Of a DNA stretch of 64,000 nucleotides, positions 1 to 10,274 are shown one piece after another; position 1 is the stretch's first letter; each line of letters starts with the position of its first letter. The DNA is from Candidatus Poribacteria bacterium (GTDB lineage: Bacteria > Poribacteria > WGA-4E > WGA-3G), in NCBI GenBank assembly GCA_965197475.1, contig CBDANF010000003.1:2880001-2944000 (forward strand), in the 5' to 3' direction. A program made the position numbers and the translations under genes. The notes under the pieces were generated by a model that did not search any database, was not told the DNA's origin, and was given only the letters and a program-made list of their open reading frames with translations.

Positions 1-294
1 TCTCCCTTCTGCATCTTGTTCAATGATTTCGAGGTAAAGGGACATTGCTCTATCGTAAAGTTGTTGCCGCTTTGCCCGCACCTTCTCTTTCTGTTTTGGG
101 TCTTCAGAGCGAGTAGAAGTGGCTTCTGCCTCGTCAAAAGCATTATCGGCATTTTGGATTTTCGCACTCAATGGAATGATGTTAATGCCGCCTTGACATC
201 CGATATGTGTTATCACGAGCATGCCAAAAGCGAGAATAATAAGAGAGTTTCGAACTATGTTTCTTAGCGCGAAACTGGGTATGAAACGGGTCAT
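1..294 (-). CDS. TPR-type lipoprotein, 5' part (runs off window start); paralog of 684..1844
   Basis: Manual translation from ATG at 294: MTRFIPSF...THIGCQGGINIIPLSAKIQNADNAFDEAE...KRQQLYDRAMSLYLEIIE. It aligns by eye with ILGCQGGIYIFSMPLSELIHTADEAFDSAD...KRQELYNTAIGLYLE of the neighbour. Confidence 0.8.
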   Translation of the reverse strand, partial: MTRFIPSFALRNIVRNSLIILAFGMLVITHIGCQGGINIIPLSAKIQNADNAFDEAEATSTRSEDPKQKEKVRAKRQQLYDRAMSLYLEIIEQDAEGR

Positions 295-376
295 CGTTGT
301 TAATCCTCCTCAGGAATGAATAATGAAAACCTCCCAGTAAATTGATAAAGTTTACTGGTTTGCGATTTATGGTTTT

Positions 377-404
377 AGTATAACAGATACACAAAAATTG
401 TCAA
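377..404 (-). promoter_or_regulatory. sigma70-type promoter TTGACA-N16-TATACT
   Basis: Minus-strand hexamers at 399-404 and 377-382, upstream of the ATG at 294. Confidence 0.6.
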
Positions 405-431
405 GAAAAAAGTTCCGTTTTCTGATTAATT

Positions 432-1844
432 TCAATTCCCTGCTCGCGGTTGTGAGTTCGGATCTTGAGCAGAAGTGCTATTTTCTTGTTCCTCATAAAA
501 GTAATAGCCATCGTTGTCCTGATCAAGTTCAAATTGATGGACAATCTGTTCAGCTTTTCGGAGATACGTTGTATTGTTCCGTGCGGATCGTATATATGCC
601 TTGAAACCTTTATAAGCGTCAGTATATTTCTGAATGGCGTGAAAGCAAACGGCTTATTGGTAAATTGGCTCACGCTTCCAATGCTAATTTAAGGACTCTG
701 GCACTTTCTTAAAAAGTTTGTTATAAGCATGGATTGCGCGTTCGTATTCTTTGTTTTGTTGGTGTAAATTGGCAATATTATAAAACGCATCTGCGACAAC
801 AAATTTTTTATTGGGTATTTCTTTGAGTAAGGTTTTGTAAGTTTGAATAGCACGAGGATAATTGCACATATCAACCCAATTTTTGGCAATTATTTGGAAC
901 GTTTGGGCTAAACGGTTTTCGTCAAGTTCTTTTCCTAATGTGGGCACTCCAACACCTCTTCTATCGGAATAACTACATTTTGGCGATTTTTTATCTCTAT
1001 ACCGCCGAATTTCGTCCTGAAGATGTTTGATTTCTGTTAATAGGTTTTCAGCTTTTTTCAGCAAGAGACGGGTTTTCTTGGCTTCCTGAGTATTGGGAAA
1101 TTTCTCGACTACTGCCACAAAGGTACCCCAACCACCAGCATTAGTATAGTCATAGAGGTCATAAAAATAAATATTTCCAATCTGGAACTGGGCTTGTGGT
1201 GCCTTTTCGTGTTTAGGGAATTCCGCAACAATTCTCTGATATGTACGGATAGCTTTGAGAAAATCTTCCATTTCTTCGTAAGCTTGTGCTACCAGAAATA
1301 GTGATTCTGCTGCAGAATTAAAAGACTCCTCTGATGAAGTCTTATTAAAAATGATTTTGGTGTTATGGTATTTAGCGAACTGTTCTTTGACAATTTCTCG
1401 ATTTTTACGAATATTCTCGATTTTTTCCTTCGCCTGACTCGGATAATATCCTACGTCAGCGAGTTTAAGAATAGCCTGATAATGTTCTATTGATTGATCA
1501 AATTGGTAATACCGTGTGTAAATTTTAGCTATTTCATAATGAGCGCGCTGCGCATATACTCCATTAATATCTTTTATAGCAGTTTCCAGATATAGACCTA
1601 TAGCTGTGTTGTAAAGTTCCTGTCGCTTAGTGTCCGCGTTTTCTATCTGTTCCGGAGTATCTCCGCGTAAAATTACTGCATCCGCACTGTCAAATGCCTC
1701 ATCTGCAGTGTGGATCAACTCGCTCAGTGGCATGGAGAAGATGTAAATTCCCCCTTGGCACCCGAGAATTGTTACAACCGACGGGATAATAACAAAGACA
1801 AGGATATGGTTCCGTGTTGGTTGCAGTACGGTGCTGGTTGACAT
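432..1844 (-). pseudogene. TPR lipoprotein (BamD/CpoB-like repeats); ORF 684..1844 plus an in-frame C-terminal remnant to 432
   Basis: Lipobox-like ILGC and TPR motifs (AQFQIGNIYF, AFYNIANLHQ). The frame continues past TAG(684) and TAA(654) as HWKREPIYQ*AVCFHAIQKY...DQDNDGYYFYEEQENSTSAQDPNSQP to TGA at 432. Confidence 0.65.
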
Positions 1845-1918
1845 ATTAATTCTCCTTTCTGAGAGTAATGAAATTATTCCGATGCGTTGAGCAATATCAT
1901 GGATAATTAGTCACAATA

Positions 1919-1946
1919 AGAATAACAGATTTTAAAAATTTGTCAA
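1919..1946 (-). promoter_or_regulatory. sigma70-type promoter TTGACA-N16-TATTCT
   Basis: Homologous to the promoter at 377-404, including the flanking sequence. Confidence 0.55.
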
Positions 1947-2014
1947 GGAAAAGTTCTGTTTTCATATTTTTTAAAGGAATGGTATAGTATATTTTTGCAA
2001 TGCCACAAAACGTA

Positions 2015-2043
2015 TTGACAAATACGATCAAAATTAGTAAAAT
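2015..2043 (+). promoter_or_regulatory. sigma70-type promoter TTGACA-N17-TAAAAT
   Basis: Hexamers at 2015-2020 and 2038-2043. Confidence 0.6.
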
Positions 2044-2112
2044 AATCTAACGGAAACCTTTAGAAGGATATATTTTCCTTGTGTGAATCTTGATTATAGT
2101 AGGGAGGCGAAT

Positions 2113-3015
2113 ATGGAAAACGCGACTTATAAAATAGGCGTTGTAGGTGTAGGAAGGATGGGAGCGAACATCGCTCGACACCTCAATGACGAAGGGTTTA
2201 AGGTGGTTGCTGTGTACGATGTTGCAAGTGAACGTGCACAGGAATTGGCAACAGAGCTTGGAGCAACGGCTACAGACAAATTAGCACAAGTCACCGTACT
2301 GGCGGATTATATCATTACTGTTGTAACAGATGACAATGCAATGCGGCAGATTTATTCTGAAGATGCAGATGATAGTTTACTCAAAGGGGCATCAGGAAAA
2401 GTTTTTATCAATTGTGCTACGATTAGCCCACAAGTTCATGTTGATATTGAACGTCTTGCGGAAAAGCATGGTGCTGAAAGTCTTGAGGGTTGTATGGCGA
2501 GCAGCATTACACAAGCGCGAGAAGGCACGCTCTATCTAATGTGTGGGGGTAAAAAAGAGACTTTTGATAAGGCACAAGCGATTCTGGATTCAATGAGTGT
2601 TTCCCTGCGTTATATCGGTGAAGCGGGACAAGCAGCACAGGTAAAAGCATTGGTCAACATGGTAATGAATATCAACACTGCGGGACTCGCGGAGGGGCTT
2701 GGATTGGGTGCTGCGCTTGGTCTGGATCTGGATATGCTGCAGGAAGTTTTCGCACAAACGGGCGCAAACTCTCGCGTTTTGGAAACTGATGGAGAGGATA
2801 TGCAGATACGCGATCATGAATGTTATTTCTCTGCTGCTCATGCGTCTAAGGATTCCGGTATCGCGCTTGACCTTGCAAATGATGCTGGCATCGCGCTTCC
2901 ACTGGCACAGGCGACGAAAGATCAGTATGATCGGATGATTGAACTTGGATTGGGTGAGTTGGACAAATCCGGAGTCGCTGAATTGACGTTCCCTGGGCGC
3001 GGAAAGAACGCATAA
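2113..3015 (+). CDS. NAD(P)-dependent oxidoreductase, 3-hydroxyisobutyrate dehydrogenase family
   Basis: GVGRMG Rossmann motif, NCATISP, lysine in QVKALVNM; GGAGG precedes ATG 2113. Confidence 0.88.
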   Translation: MENATYKIGVVGVGRMGANIARHLNDEGFKVVAVYDVASERAQELATELGATATDKLAQVTVLADYIITVVTDDNAMRQIYSEDADDSLLKGASGKVFINCATISPQVHVDIERLAEKHGAESLEGCMASSITQAREGTLYLMCGGKKETFDKAQAILDSMSVSLRYIGEAGQAAQVKALVNMVMNINTAGLAEGLGLGAALGLDLDMLQEVFAQTGANSRVLETDGEDMQIRDHECYFSAAHASKDSGIALDLANDAGIALPLAQATKDQYDRMIELGLGELDKSGVAELTFPGRGKNA

Positions 3016-3078
3016 TTGTGAAAGCGTAAGAGGTTCCGACGCGATTTTTCATGGATGAATTGCGTTAGAAACTGACTG

Positions 3079-3822
3079 ATGTTGAAAACTGCAAAAAAAT
3101 TGATGCTTAGAGGTGTAATCCTTGCAGGAGGATTAGGCACCCGTTTACACCCGCTTACCAAGGTTACCAGTAAACACTTGCTACCTGTTGGCAATGAACC
3201 GATGATTTTTCACAGCGTCCGGCAACTTACAGAAGCAGGAATCACCGATATTCTTATTGTTACAAATCCAAGTCATGTGGGGGATTTTGTGAACGTGTTG
3301 GGAAGTGGAAAAGACTTCGGTTGTGAATTCACCTATCGAGTGCAGGAGGAGGCGAAAGGTATTGCGAATGCCCTCGCCTTAGCTGAAGGATTTGCTGCTG
3401 GTGGTAGTATAGTTGTCTTGCTGGGAGATAACATTTTTGAGTCCTCAATTCAACAAGCCGTTTCTGATTTTGACGCACAGCAAACAAGTGCTCGCGTTTT
3501 GCTCAAACAGGTAGATGATCCAGAACGTTTCGGGGTGGCGACCTTGGACAGAAACCGAATTGTAGCGATTGAGGAGAAACCGGATCATCCCAAAAGCAAT
3601 TATGCGGTTGTTGGTCTCTATTTCTACGATTCATCAGTATTTGACATTATCAGAACAATTGAACCCTCATCGCGCGGTGAGTACGAAATTACCACGGTTA
3701 ATAATGTCTATATTGAGCAGGGACAACTTGAGCACAGTTTTATACAAGGCGAGTGGATTGATGCGGGTACCTTTGATGCCTTTGCTGAAGCGCATCGGAT
3801 TGTTTTAAATCGAAAGGAGTAG
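3079..3822 (+). CDS. Sugar-1-phosphate nucleotidyltransferase (glucose-1-phosphate thymidylyltransferase, RmlA/SpsI-like)
   Basis: GVILAGGLGTRLHPLT, SKHLLPV, LGDN, EEKP, RGEYEIT, WIDAGT. Confidence 0.9.
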   Translation: MLKTAKKLMLRGVILAGGLGTRLHPLTKVTSKHLLPVGNEPMIFHSVRQLTEAGITDILIVTNPSHVGDFVNVLGSGKDFGCEFTYRVQEEAKGIANALALAEGFAAGGSIVVLLGDNIFESSIQQAVSDFDAQQTSARVLLKQVDDPERFGVATLDRNRIVAIEEKPDHPKSNYAVVGLYFYDSSVFDIIRTIEPSSRGEYEITTVNNVYIEQGQLEHSFIQGEWIDAGTFDAFAEAHRIVLNRKE

Positions 3823-3824
3823 CA

Positions 3825-5048
3825 TTGAACGCTACACAAAAACCATACTTATCGATTGTTGTCCCAGTTTACAACGAGGAGGAAAATGTCCGACCACTAT
3901 ATGAAAAAATTCGGGTGGTATGTGATTCAATTGGTGAAACTTACGAAGTGCTTTTTATAGACGATGGTAGCCAAGATAACACCTTTGAAGTGCTATCGGA
4001 ATTGCGGGAGCGGGAACCGAATTTAGCCGTTATGCGATTTCAAGAGAATGCTGGACAAACAGCTGCGATGGCAGCGGGTTTTGAATTCGCGCAAGGTGAG
4101 CGTATTATCAGCATGGACGGTGACCTACAAAATGACCCTGCCGATATTCCGCATCTACTTGAGAAACTTGACGAAGATTACGATCTGGTATGCGGTTGGC
4201 GGAGAGAACGGCAGGATAAATTCTGGACGAGACGACTTCCTTCTGTCGTTGCCAATTGGATAATTAGTAAGGTAACTGGTGTCGCGATTCATGACAACGG
4301 TTGCTCACTCAAAGCGTATCGAGCTGAAGTTATCAAACAGGTCCCACTTTATGGAGAGATGCATCGGTTCATTCCAGCAATGTCCACGGTCATAGGTGCG
4401 CGCATCGCTGAAATTGTAGTCGCGCATCACCCGCGCCGTTTCGGTACAAGCAAATACGGTCTCGGTAGGGTTTGGCGTGTTATACTGGATATTTTAGCAT
4501 TTAAGTTGATTCTCTCAGTTTTCGCGCGACAATCTAATCCAAATGGACATCCGCCTATGCAACAGTCGTATGACAACCAGATCAACCCCAAATTTAATGT
4601 GTATCGGGTCGCTGCGTTTCTAAGCCTACCCTTCTTTATAATAGGATGTCTTCTCATCAATACTGCCATTATTGCTGCTCTTAGTTTTATAGGATTAGGA
4701 GTATCTCTGATAGGAATCAGTTTGATTACAGGGTGGACAATTGCCATAGCACAGCGCGATGAGGCGGAACTGGGCGCACTCGCGCGTTTTTTTATTTTTC
4801 GTTGTGCAAGACGGCCCATTCGATGTTTTGGTCCTTCAGGCGCGCTGTTATTCACATTGGGTTGTATCCTAACGATAGCCGTGCCGCACGTTGGCCCCAT
4901 TTTGATGAATACAGGTATTTTGGTATTCTGTTGTGGCTTGTTCGGTGAGACTATAGCTTATGCGAATGCGAAACGGGTAATAGATTACAGAGTTGAGGTA
5001 TTTCTGAATGCAAAGGAAGATGTTAAACGCGTTGAAAACGTTATCTGA
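3825..5048 (+). CDS. Glycosyltransferase family 2 (ArnC/DPM-synthase-like) with C-terminal TM helices
   Basis: SIVVPVYNEEEN, DDGSQD, MDGDLQNDP, HRFIP, RRFGTSKYG. Confidence 0.88.
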   Translation: MNATQKPYLSIVVPVYNEEENVRPLYEKIRVVCDSIGETYEVLFIDDGSQDNTFEVLSELREREPNLAVMRFQENAGQTAAMAAGFEFAQGERIISMDGDLQNDPADIPHLLEKLDEDYDLVCGWRRERQDKFWTRRLPSVVANWIISKVTGVAIHDNGCSLKAYRAEVIKQVPLYGEMHRFIPAMSTVIGARIAEIVVAHHPRRFGTSKYGLGRVWRVILDILAFKLILSVFARQSNPNGHPPMQQSYDNQINPKFNVYRVAAFLSLPFFIIGCLLINTAIIAALSFIGLGVSLIGISLITGWTIAIAQRDEAELGALARFFIFRCARRPIRCFGPSGALLFTLGCILTIAVPHVGPILMNTGILVFCCGLFGETIAYANAKRVIDYRVEVFLNAKEDVKRVENVI

Positions 5049-6168
5049 TAAATGGCGACCCGAATTTCCGGTTACCAATACCTATATCTATATGAACCAT
5101 GCCGGTGTCGCACCGTTATCACGTCGGGTTAGGGAAGCGATGATAGGCTTTGTTGAAGATGCAACCGTCAACGGTGCAGTCAACTTTGAATCTTGGGCTG
5201 AAACGGCAGAGATATGTCGAGATGTTGCAGCACAGCTTTTCAATGCCAATGCCACCGAAGTCGCGTTTATGAAAAACACTACGCAAGGTATACTCATCGC
5301 TGCGAACGGCATTGACTGGCGTGAAGGAGATAACGTCGTCACAACGGCGGTTGAATTTCCGGCAAATGTCTATCCGTGGTGGAGCTTGAAGGAACGCTAC
5401 GGGGTCGAAACACGTATGGTCCCCGAACAGGATGATCGTATTTATCTTGAAGATATAGTTGAAATGATTGACGAACGTACACGAGTCGTAACAATTAGTC
5501 ATGTGGAATTTGCCTCTGGCTTCCGAAACGACATCAAGGCGATTGGCGAAATATGTAAAGAACGCGATATCTGGTTTGTGGTGGATGCAATTCAGAGTCT
5601 CGGTGCGATTGAGGTGGATGTGAAAGCGTTCCATATTGATATTCTCGCAGCAGATGGGCATAAATGGTTGCTGGCACCAGAGGGGGCAGCGATTTTCTAC
5701 TGTGCTGATGAAAAACGGGAACAGCTTATCAATACAAATGTTGGATGGGCAAGCGTTGTGAATCCGCGCGATTTTCTGAATTACGATCTGACGCAGAAAC
5801 CGGATGCAACCCGATTTGAGGAGGGTTCTTACAATAGTGTTGGTTTATATGGGCTTAAGGCTGCGATTGAGCTGTTGCTTGAAGTAGGTATTTCAAACAT
5901 TGGGACCCACATTCTGGAATTGACAGGATCCTTAATTACCGGGTTGGAATCCAAAGGGTATCGTGTAATCACGGCTGAGTTGAATTCTGAACGCGCGGGG
6001 ATCGTGGTTTTTGAAAGCGAACGACACACACCTGCAGAACTTTATGCGCTGCTTCATGACCAAAATATCATAACTGCAGAACGCGGTAGTGGTATCAGAG
6101 TCTCACCACATTTTTATAACACCGAATCGGAAATTGTACGGTTGCTTGAAGTCTTACCTAACCTATAA
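5008..6168 (+). CDS. Aminotransferase class V / cysteine desulfurase-like PLP enzyme
   Basis: YMNHAGVAP, VDAIQSLG, DGHKWLLAPEG, RFEEGS, RVSPHFYN. Confidence 0.88.
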   Translation: MQRKMLNALKTLSDKWRPEFPVTNTYIYMNHAGVAPLSRRVREAMIGFVEDATVNGAVNFESWAETAEICRDVAAQLFNANATEVAFMKNTTQGILIAANGIDWREGDNVVTTAVEFPANVYPWWSLKERYGVETRMVPEQDDRIYLEDIVEMIDERTRVVTISHVEFASGFRNDIKAIGEICKERDIWFVVDAIQSLGAIEVDVKAFHIDILAADGHKWLLAPEGAAIFYCADEKREQLINTNVGWASVVNPRDFLNYDLTQKPDATRFEEGSYNSVGLYGLKAAIELLLEVGISNIGTHILELTGSLITGLESKGYRVITAELNSERAGIVVFESERHTPAELYALLHDQNIITAERGSGIRVSPHFYNTESEIVRLLEVLPNL

Positions 6169-6200
6169 AAACCAATTATACTTTACGATTTTAAGTGGAA

Positions 6201-7646
6201 ATGAAAAAATTGACGATAAATAATAAAAACAAACCTCAAATTCAGACCTTGAAATTGGGTTTATCGCTTATTTTAGGGTTTTTGATTATGTTTGCCGGAT
6301 GTACTTTTCCTGGTGGTAAGCAGAAGACGAATCGCATTCGGTTTTCTATCCAAAATACGCTGCCGATTGATAGGAATAATGTTCCAATTGTGATGACTTT
6401 AGAGCAACTTCAAAAAGTCAGTCCTGATTTTTCCCTTAAAGCGTATTCCGTTGTTACTGGAAAAGCTCCGCGGGAAGCGATGATCCCTGCTCAAGCAGAT
6501 GATTTGAACTATGACGGTGAACGTGATCAGTTGGTTTTTCTTTTAGACCTTGCATCGGAAGAGACGAAGGAGATTTCAATCCTCTACGACCCAAATGTAA
6601 AAGCGACGTTCACGCTTGATGTCAATAAACAGACACGCGCGGGCATTTTTCCTGAACTTAACGTTGTGGCGGCAGTGGAATCAGACTTAATTGCCTATCT
6701 TCTGAAGCCGGACGGTGCTGTGGTCGCATACGGTAAAAAGCGTACAGAACTTTTCAGTGTTGATGGGATGTTTCAAAGTGAATTGGATTACGGCGGCGCG
6801 TTTTCACCTGAACTAAGGCTGCATTTTGAAAGTAACAAGATTGCACTGACCCAAAATCCGCAGGCATTAAGTATAGAAATTGAGAAACCTGAACATCGGT
6901 GGGTGATCCGTGACTTTGAGAATCAGGAGGATTACTTTGTCCGAAAATCAGAAATGCAACTCAATCTCTATAAGTCAGTCGGATTGTCACTAAATGCACT
7001 TCTCAACCCAGAAAACACGACCATGGTTATGTTAACGCCTCAAGAAGGACTGATCGGGTGTGGTGGGTTTGCACTATGGCATAAAGGGAAATCTGAATTA
7101 ATTCCTCTACCAAGTGAAGGGGATTACGTTCGGGTTCTCGCGAATGGTGGTATGCGTTCGGTCATTCAACGGATTTTACCGGAATGGGGCATTGAGAGTG
7201 AAACATTTCAGCTTACATCAACTACATTTATTTATGGTAGGAACCCGTGGATTGAACATCATATCCATATTGACAGAGAACTGCCTTCGGATTATGCTAT
7301 CGTTGTCGGTATTCCGAAAGTTGGGGAAACTTATGGTGTTGACGAAAAACAGGGGATGTTATGGAGTTGGGGAACAGACCCGAATGGAATGCATCCGCTT
7401 GGTATAGCATTAATTTATCCCACGGCACGGACAGGCGGATTGATCGACACGGACCCATCCCTTACGTCAATAATCTTAAATCCTGATGATGAAGGACGGA
7501 TCAGTTATCGGGCATTGACTATTTGGGATGGCGGTATTAATGGAATAGAGACCAAAACAGAATTTGAGCAGTCCCTTCAAATTATGGTTACAGCGATGCA
7601 AAACCTACCGAGAATCAAATTTTTACCGTTAGAGGAAAAGAAGTAG
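6201..7646 (+). CDS. Predicted lipoprotein, DUF4861-like
   Basis: Lipobox FAGC; IPAQADDLNYDGERDQLVF, ESDLIAY, YGKK, GCGGFALW. Confidence 0.55.
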   Translation: MKKLTINNKNKPQIQTLKLGLSLILGFLIMFAGCTFPGGKQKTNRIRFSIQNTLPIDRNNVPIVMTLEQLQKVSPDFSLKAYSVVTGKAPREAMIPAQADDLNYDGERDQLVFLLDLASEETKEISILYDPNVKATFTLDVNKQTRAGIFPELNVVAAVESDLIAYLLKPDGAVVAYGKKRTELFSVDGMFQSELDYGGAFSPELRLHFESNKIALTQNPQALSIEIEKPEHRWVIRDFENQEDYFVRKSEMQLNLYKSVGLSLNALLNPENTTMVMLTPQEGLIGCGGFALWHKGKSELIPLPSEGDYVRVLANGGMRSVIQRILPEWGIESETFQLTSTTFIYGRNPWIEHHIHIDRELPSDYAIVVGIPKVGETYGVDEKQGMLWSWGTDPNGMHPLGIALIYPTARTGGLIDTDPSLTSIILNPDDEGRISYRALTIWDGGINGIETKTEFEQSLQIMVTAMQNLPRIKFLPLEEKK

Positions 7647-7664
7647 GAATTTCTTCTACTGAAA

Positions 7665-8276
7665 ATGGAGGATTTCATGCTTATCAAGGAAGAATGTCTA
7701 AAACTTATCGCATCTCAGCGAACAGACGAAATCGTTGTTGCCACGATGGGAATGACCGTGCCCTGGGCTAAAATATCAACACATCCACTGGACTATGCGT
7801 CTGTTGGAAGTGCTATGGGACACGCAGCAGACTTTGCACTCGGTATTGCACTTGCCAAACCCGAAAAAAAGGTTGTCGTGCTTAACGGAGATGGGAGCAT
7901 GCTGATGTGCTTAGGGACACTCGCTACGATTACAGGTTTGAAAAAGCCGCCTACCAACTATCTTCTTTTTGTCTGTGATAACGGCACTTATGAGGTGACC
8001 GGGAATCAACCTATTCCTGGTAATGTTGGATTCAGTTGGATGACAATTGCAAAGGGGACAGGTTTTCAGCAGGTTTATGAATTTGATGACATAGATACAC
8101 TTGAAACTGATCTTCCAAGAATCTGGAATCAAGTTGGTCCCGTATTTGTGAATCTGAAAATTGCACAGGCGCATGAACCCCCGCCTGATCGATGGGGTGG
8201 GTTTCCATACCCGTTCTTGCAGGAGTCGCTTGCTACTTCAACGCATAAGCTACGAAAGGCACTTGAGGATCAGTAG
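7665..8276 (+). CDS. ThDP-binding protein, sulfopyruvate/phosphonopyruvate decarboxylase beta-subunit-like (ComE-like)
   Basis: GSAMGH, GDGSMLM, DNGTYEVTGNQ. Confidence 0.8.
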   Translation: MEDFMLIKEECLKLIASQRTDEIVVATMGMTVPWAKISTHPLDYASVGSAMGHAADFALGIALAKPEKKVVVLNGDGSMLMCLGTLATITGLKKPPTNYLLFVCDNGTYEVTGNQPIPGNVGFSWMTIAKGTGFQQVYEFDDIDTLETDLPRIWNQVGPVFVNLKIAQAHEPPPDRWGGFPYPFLQESLATSTHKLRKALEDQ

Positions 8277-8304
8277 GAACAATTTTCTTCTAAGGAATAG
8301 AATT

Positions 8305-9201
8305 ATGGCACAAAAATTAGAAACTCGTCGGATGGGCAGGACTGAGATGCGTCCAAATGCCTTAGCTCTTGGTGCTGCATGGTTATGGCGGAAACCGGAT
8401 GCTGAAGTCATCGGTGCAATCCGATGTGCTATAGAGCTCGGTATCAACTATATTGACACCTATCCAGGTCACGCCGAACACTTGTGGGGAGAAGCACTTT
8501 CTGACGGTTTGAGGGAAAAGATTTATCTACAAGCCAAAGTCGGCACACATCCTGAACGCAGGAAAGATTTCTCAGCGGATAGCACAAGATGGAGTGTTAC
8601 CAATAGCCTCAAAGACCTTCGCACAGATTATCTGGATGCGGTGTTAATCCATGATCCAGAGGACATGGAAAGTGTTTTGGAAAAAGGACGCGCATTGGAT
8701 ACGCTTGTGGAGATGAAAGCAGAAGGTTTAATTCGACATATCGGTGCGGGGGTGCGTTCCCACGAATTTCATAGACAACTGATCGAAACAGGACACATTG
8801 ATATTATTCTCACCTTCCTTGACTATACATTGTTATCGCAGTCTGTGACGCAAACGACCTTGCCGTTAGCGAGCGAACACGATGTCGGCATTATCCTCGC
8901 AAGCCCCTTGGGAATGGGGAGTTTGACCGGTGCCGAACCGAACGTTGAAGATGAGCGGAGACGTAATCCGAATGCTGAACCCAAGGCTTATGCAATGTGG
9001 AAATGGTGTCAGGAACGCAACGTTAATATTCGGCATTTGGCGATGCAGTTTTGTCTCGCTGCGCCGATAGATGGGGTTGTAATGTTCGGTCCCGCTGACA
9101 AAGCGCAAATAGAAGATGGATATGAGGCTGCTACGGCAAACATATCGGAAGAAATTTGGGAAGCATTTGAGGCGGAATTTGGCATCAAACGTGGGATGTA
9201 A
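8305..9201 (+). CDS. Aldo/keto reductase
   Basis: GINYIDT, SLKDLRTDYLDAVLIHD, GLIRHIG, ASPLGMG. Confidence 0.88.
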   Translation: MAQKLETRRMGRTEMRPNALALGAAWLWRKPDAEVIGAIRCAIELGINYIDTYPGHAEHLWGEALSDGLREKIYLQAKVGTHPERRKDFSADSTRWSVTNSLKDLRTDYLDAVLIHDPEDMESVLEKGRALDTLVEMKAEGLIRHIGAGVRSHEFHRQLIETGHIDIILTFLDYTLLSQSVTQTTLPLASEHDVGIILASPLGMGSLTGAEPNVEDERRRNPNAEPKAYAMWKWCQERNVNIRHLAMQFCLAAPIDGVVMFGPADKAQIEDGYEAATANISEEIWEAFEAEFGIKRGM

Positions 9202-9267
9202 CTTGCTGCCGTTTACTGTAGGACGAGGTTTCTGTGACTCTGCCACTGTATCACTTCAGAGTCTGTT

Positions 9268-10068
9268 TTACGATTTCACACCTGCCGCCAATTCTGACGC
9301 AAACTGCTTCACTGCTGTGAGCAATTCCGTTTCGTCATCCATACGCTCTTCAGCAATATTGATGATAGCACTCGCCACAATCACCCCGTCAGCGATCTGA
9401 GCGACTTGTGTTGCCTGCTCAGGGGTTGATATACCAAAACCCACACTAATCGGTTTGTCCGTGTGTTTTCGCAGCTCTGCTATCATCGGTGCAACCTCAT
9501 CCGACAAAGTTACCCGAGCCCCCGTTACACCTGTTACCGAGACGCAATAGACAAATCCAGTACTGACAGATGCAACCAATTGCATCCGTTTCGGTGAGCT
9601 TGTCGGCGCGACAAGAAAAATAGTAGCAAGATTATACCGTGGGGCGACTTCAAGGAGCGGCTGTGCCTCTTCTGGCGGCAAGTCAGGCACGATGACACCG
9701 TCTACCCCTGCCTCTTGTGCTGCTTTGCAAAATGCCTGCTCCCCCATACGAAAGATCGGGTTATAGTAACTCATTAGGGCGATCGGGATATCTGTCTGTT
9801 GGCGAAGCGTTTTCACTATCTCAAGAATTTGCTGGAGTGAGATACGATGTTTGAGTGCGCGTTCACTTGCGCGTTGGATGGTGGGTCCGTCTGCTATCGG
9901 GTCGGAGAAAGGGACTCCGAGTTCTATAAGGTCTGCCCCTACTTCTTCAAGAGTAAGAAAGAGTTTAGATGTAAGTTCTGGGTTTGGGTCTCCGGCACAA
10001 ACATATGGCATAAATGCACTGACACCTTGCTGCCGGAGTTCCTGAAATTTCTTGTCAATTCGATTCAT
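9268..10068 (-). CDS. trpA: Tryptophan synthase alpha subunit
   Basis: ELGVPFSDPIADGPTIQ, YYNP, PDLPPEE, GVTG, VGFGIS. Confidence 0.97.
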   Translation of the reverse strand: MNRIDKKFQELRQQGVSAFMPYVCAGDPNPELTSKLFLTLEEVGADLIELGVPFSDPIADGPTIQRASERALKHRISLQQILEIVKTLRQQTDIPIALMSYYNPIFRMGEQAFCKAAQEAGVDGVIVPDLPPEEAQPLLEVAPRYNLATIFLVAPTSSPKRMQLVASVSTGFVYCVSVTGVTGARVTLSDEVAPMIAELRKHTDKPISVGFGISTPEQATQVAQIADGVIVASAIINIAEERMDDETELLTAVKQFASELAAGVKS

Positions 10069-10110
10069 GGATATGATTAAGTTTCGGCTTTCTGATAATA
10101 GTTTTTCTCA

Positions 10111-10139
10111 ATTATACTCTGTCCGAATTGAATTGTCAA
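10111..10139 (-). promoter_or_regulatory. Perfect-consensus sigma70 promoter TTGACA-N17-TATAAT for trpA
   Basis: tgtcaa at 10134-10139, attata at 10111-10116. Confidence 0.75.
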
Positions 10140-10274
10140 GGAAGTTCGAAAAGTTATGGATTTAAAACAACTTGACCTGAGTTTGCGAACGTGATAAAAT
10201 CTCCTGTGTGTAAGAGGAGGACGCAATATCATCTATCCTATTCAAGAATCCACTAACCGCAAAACTGTTAATAA

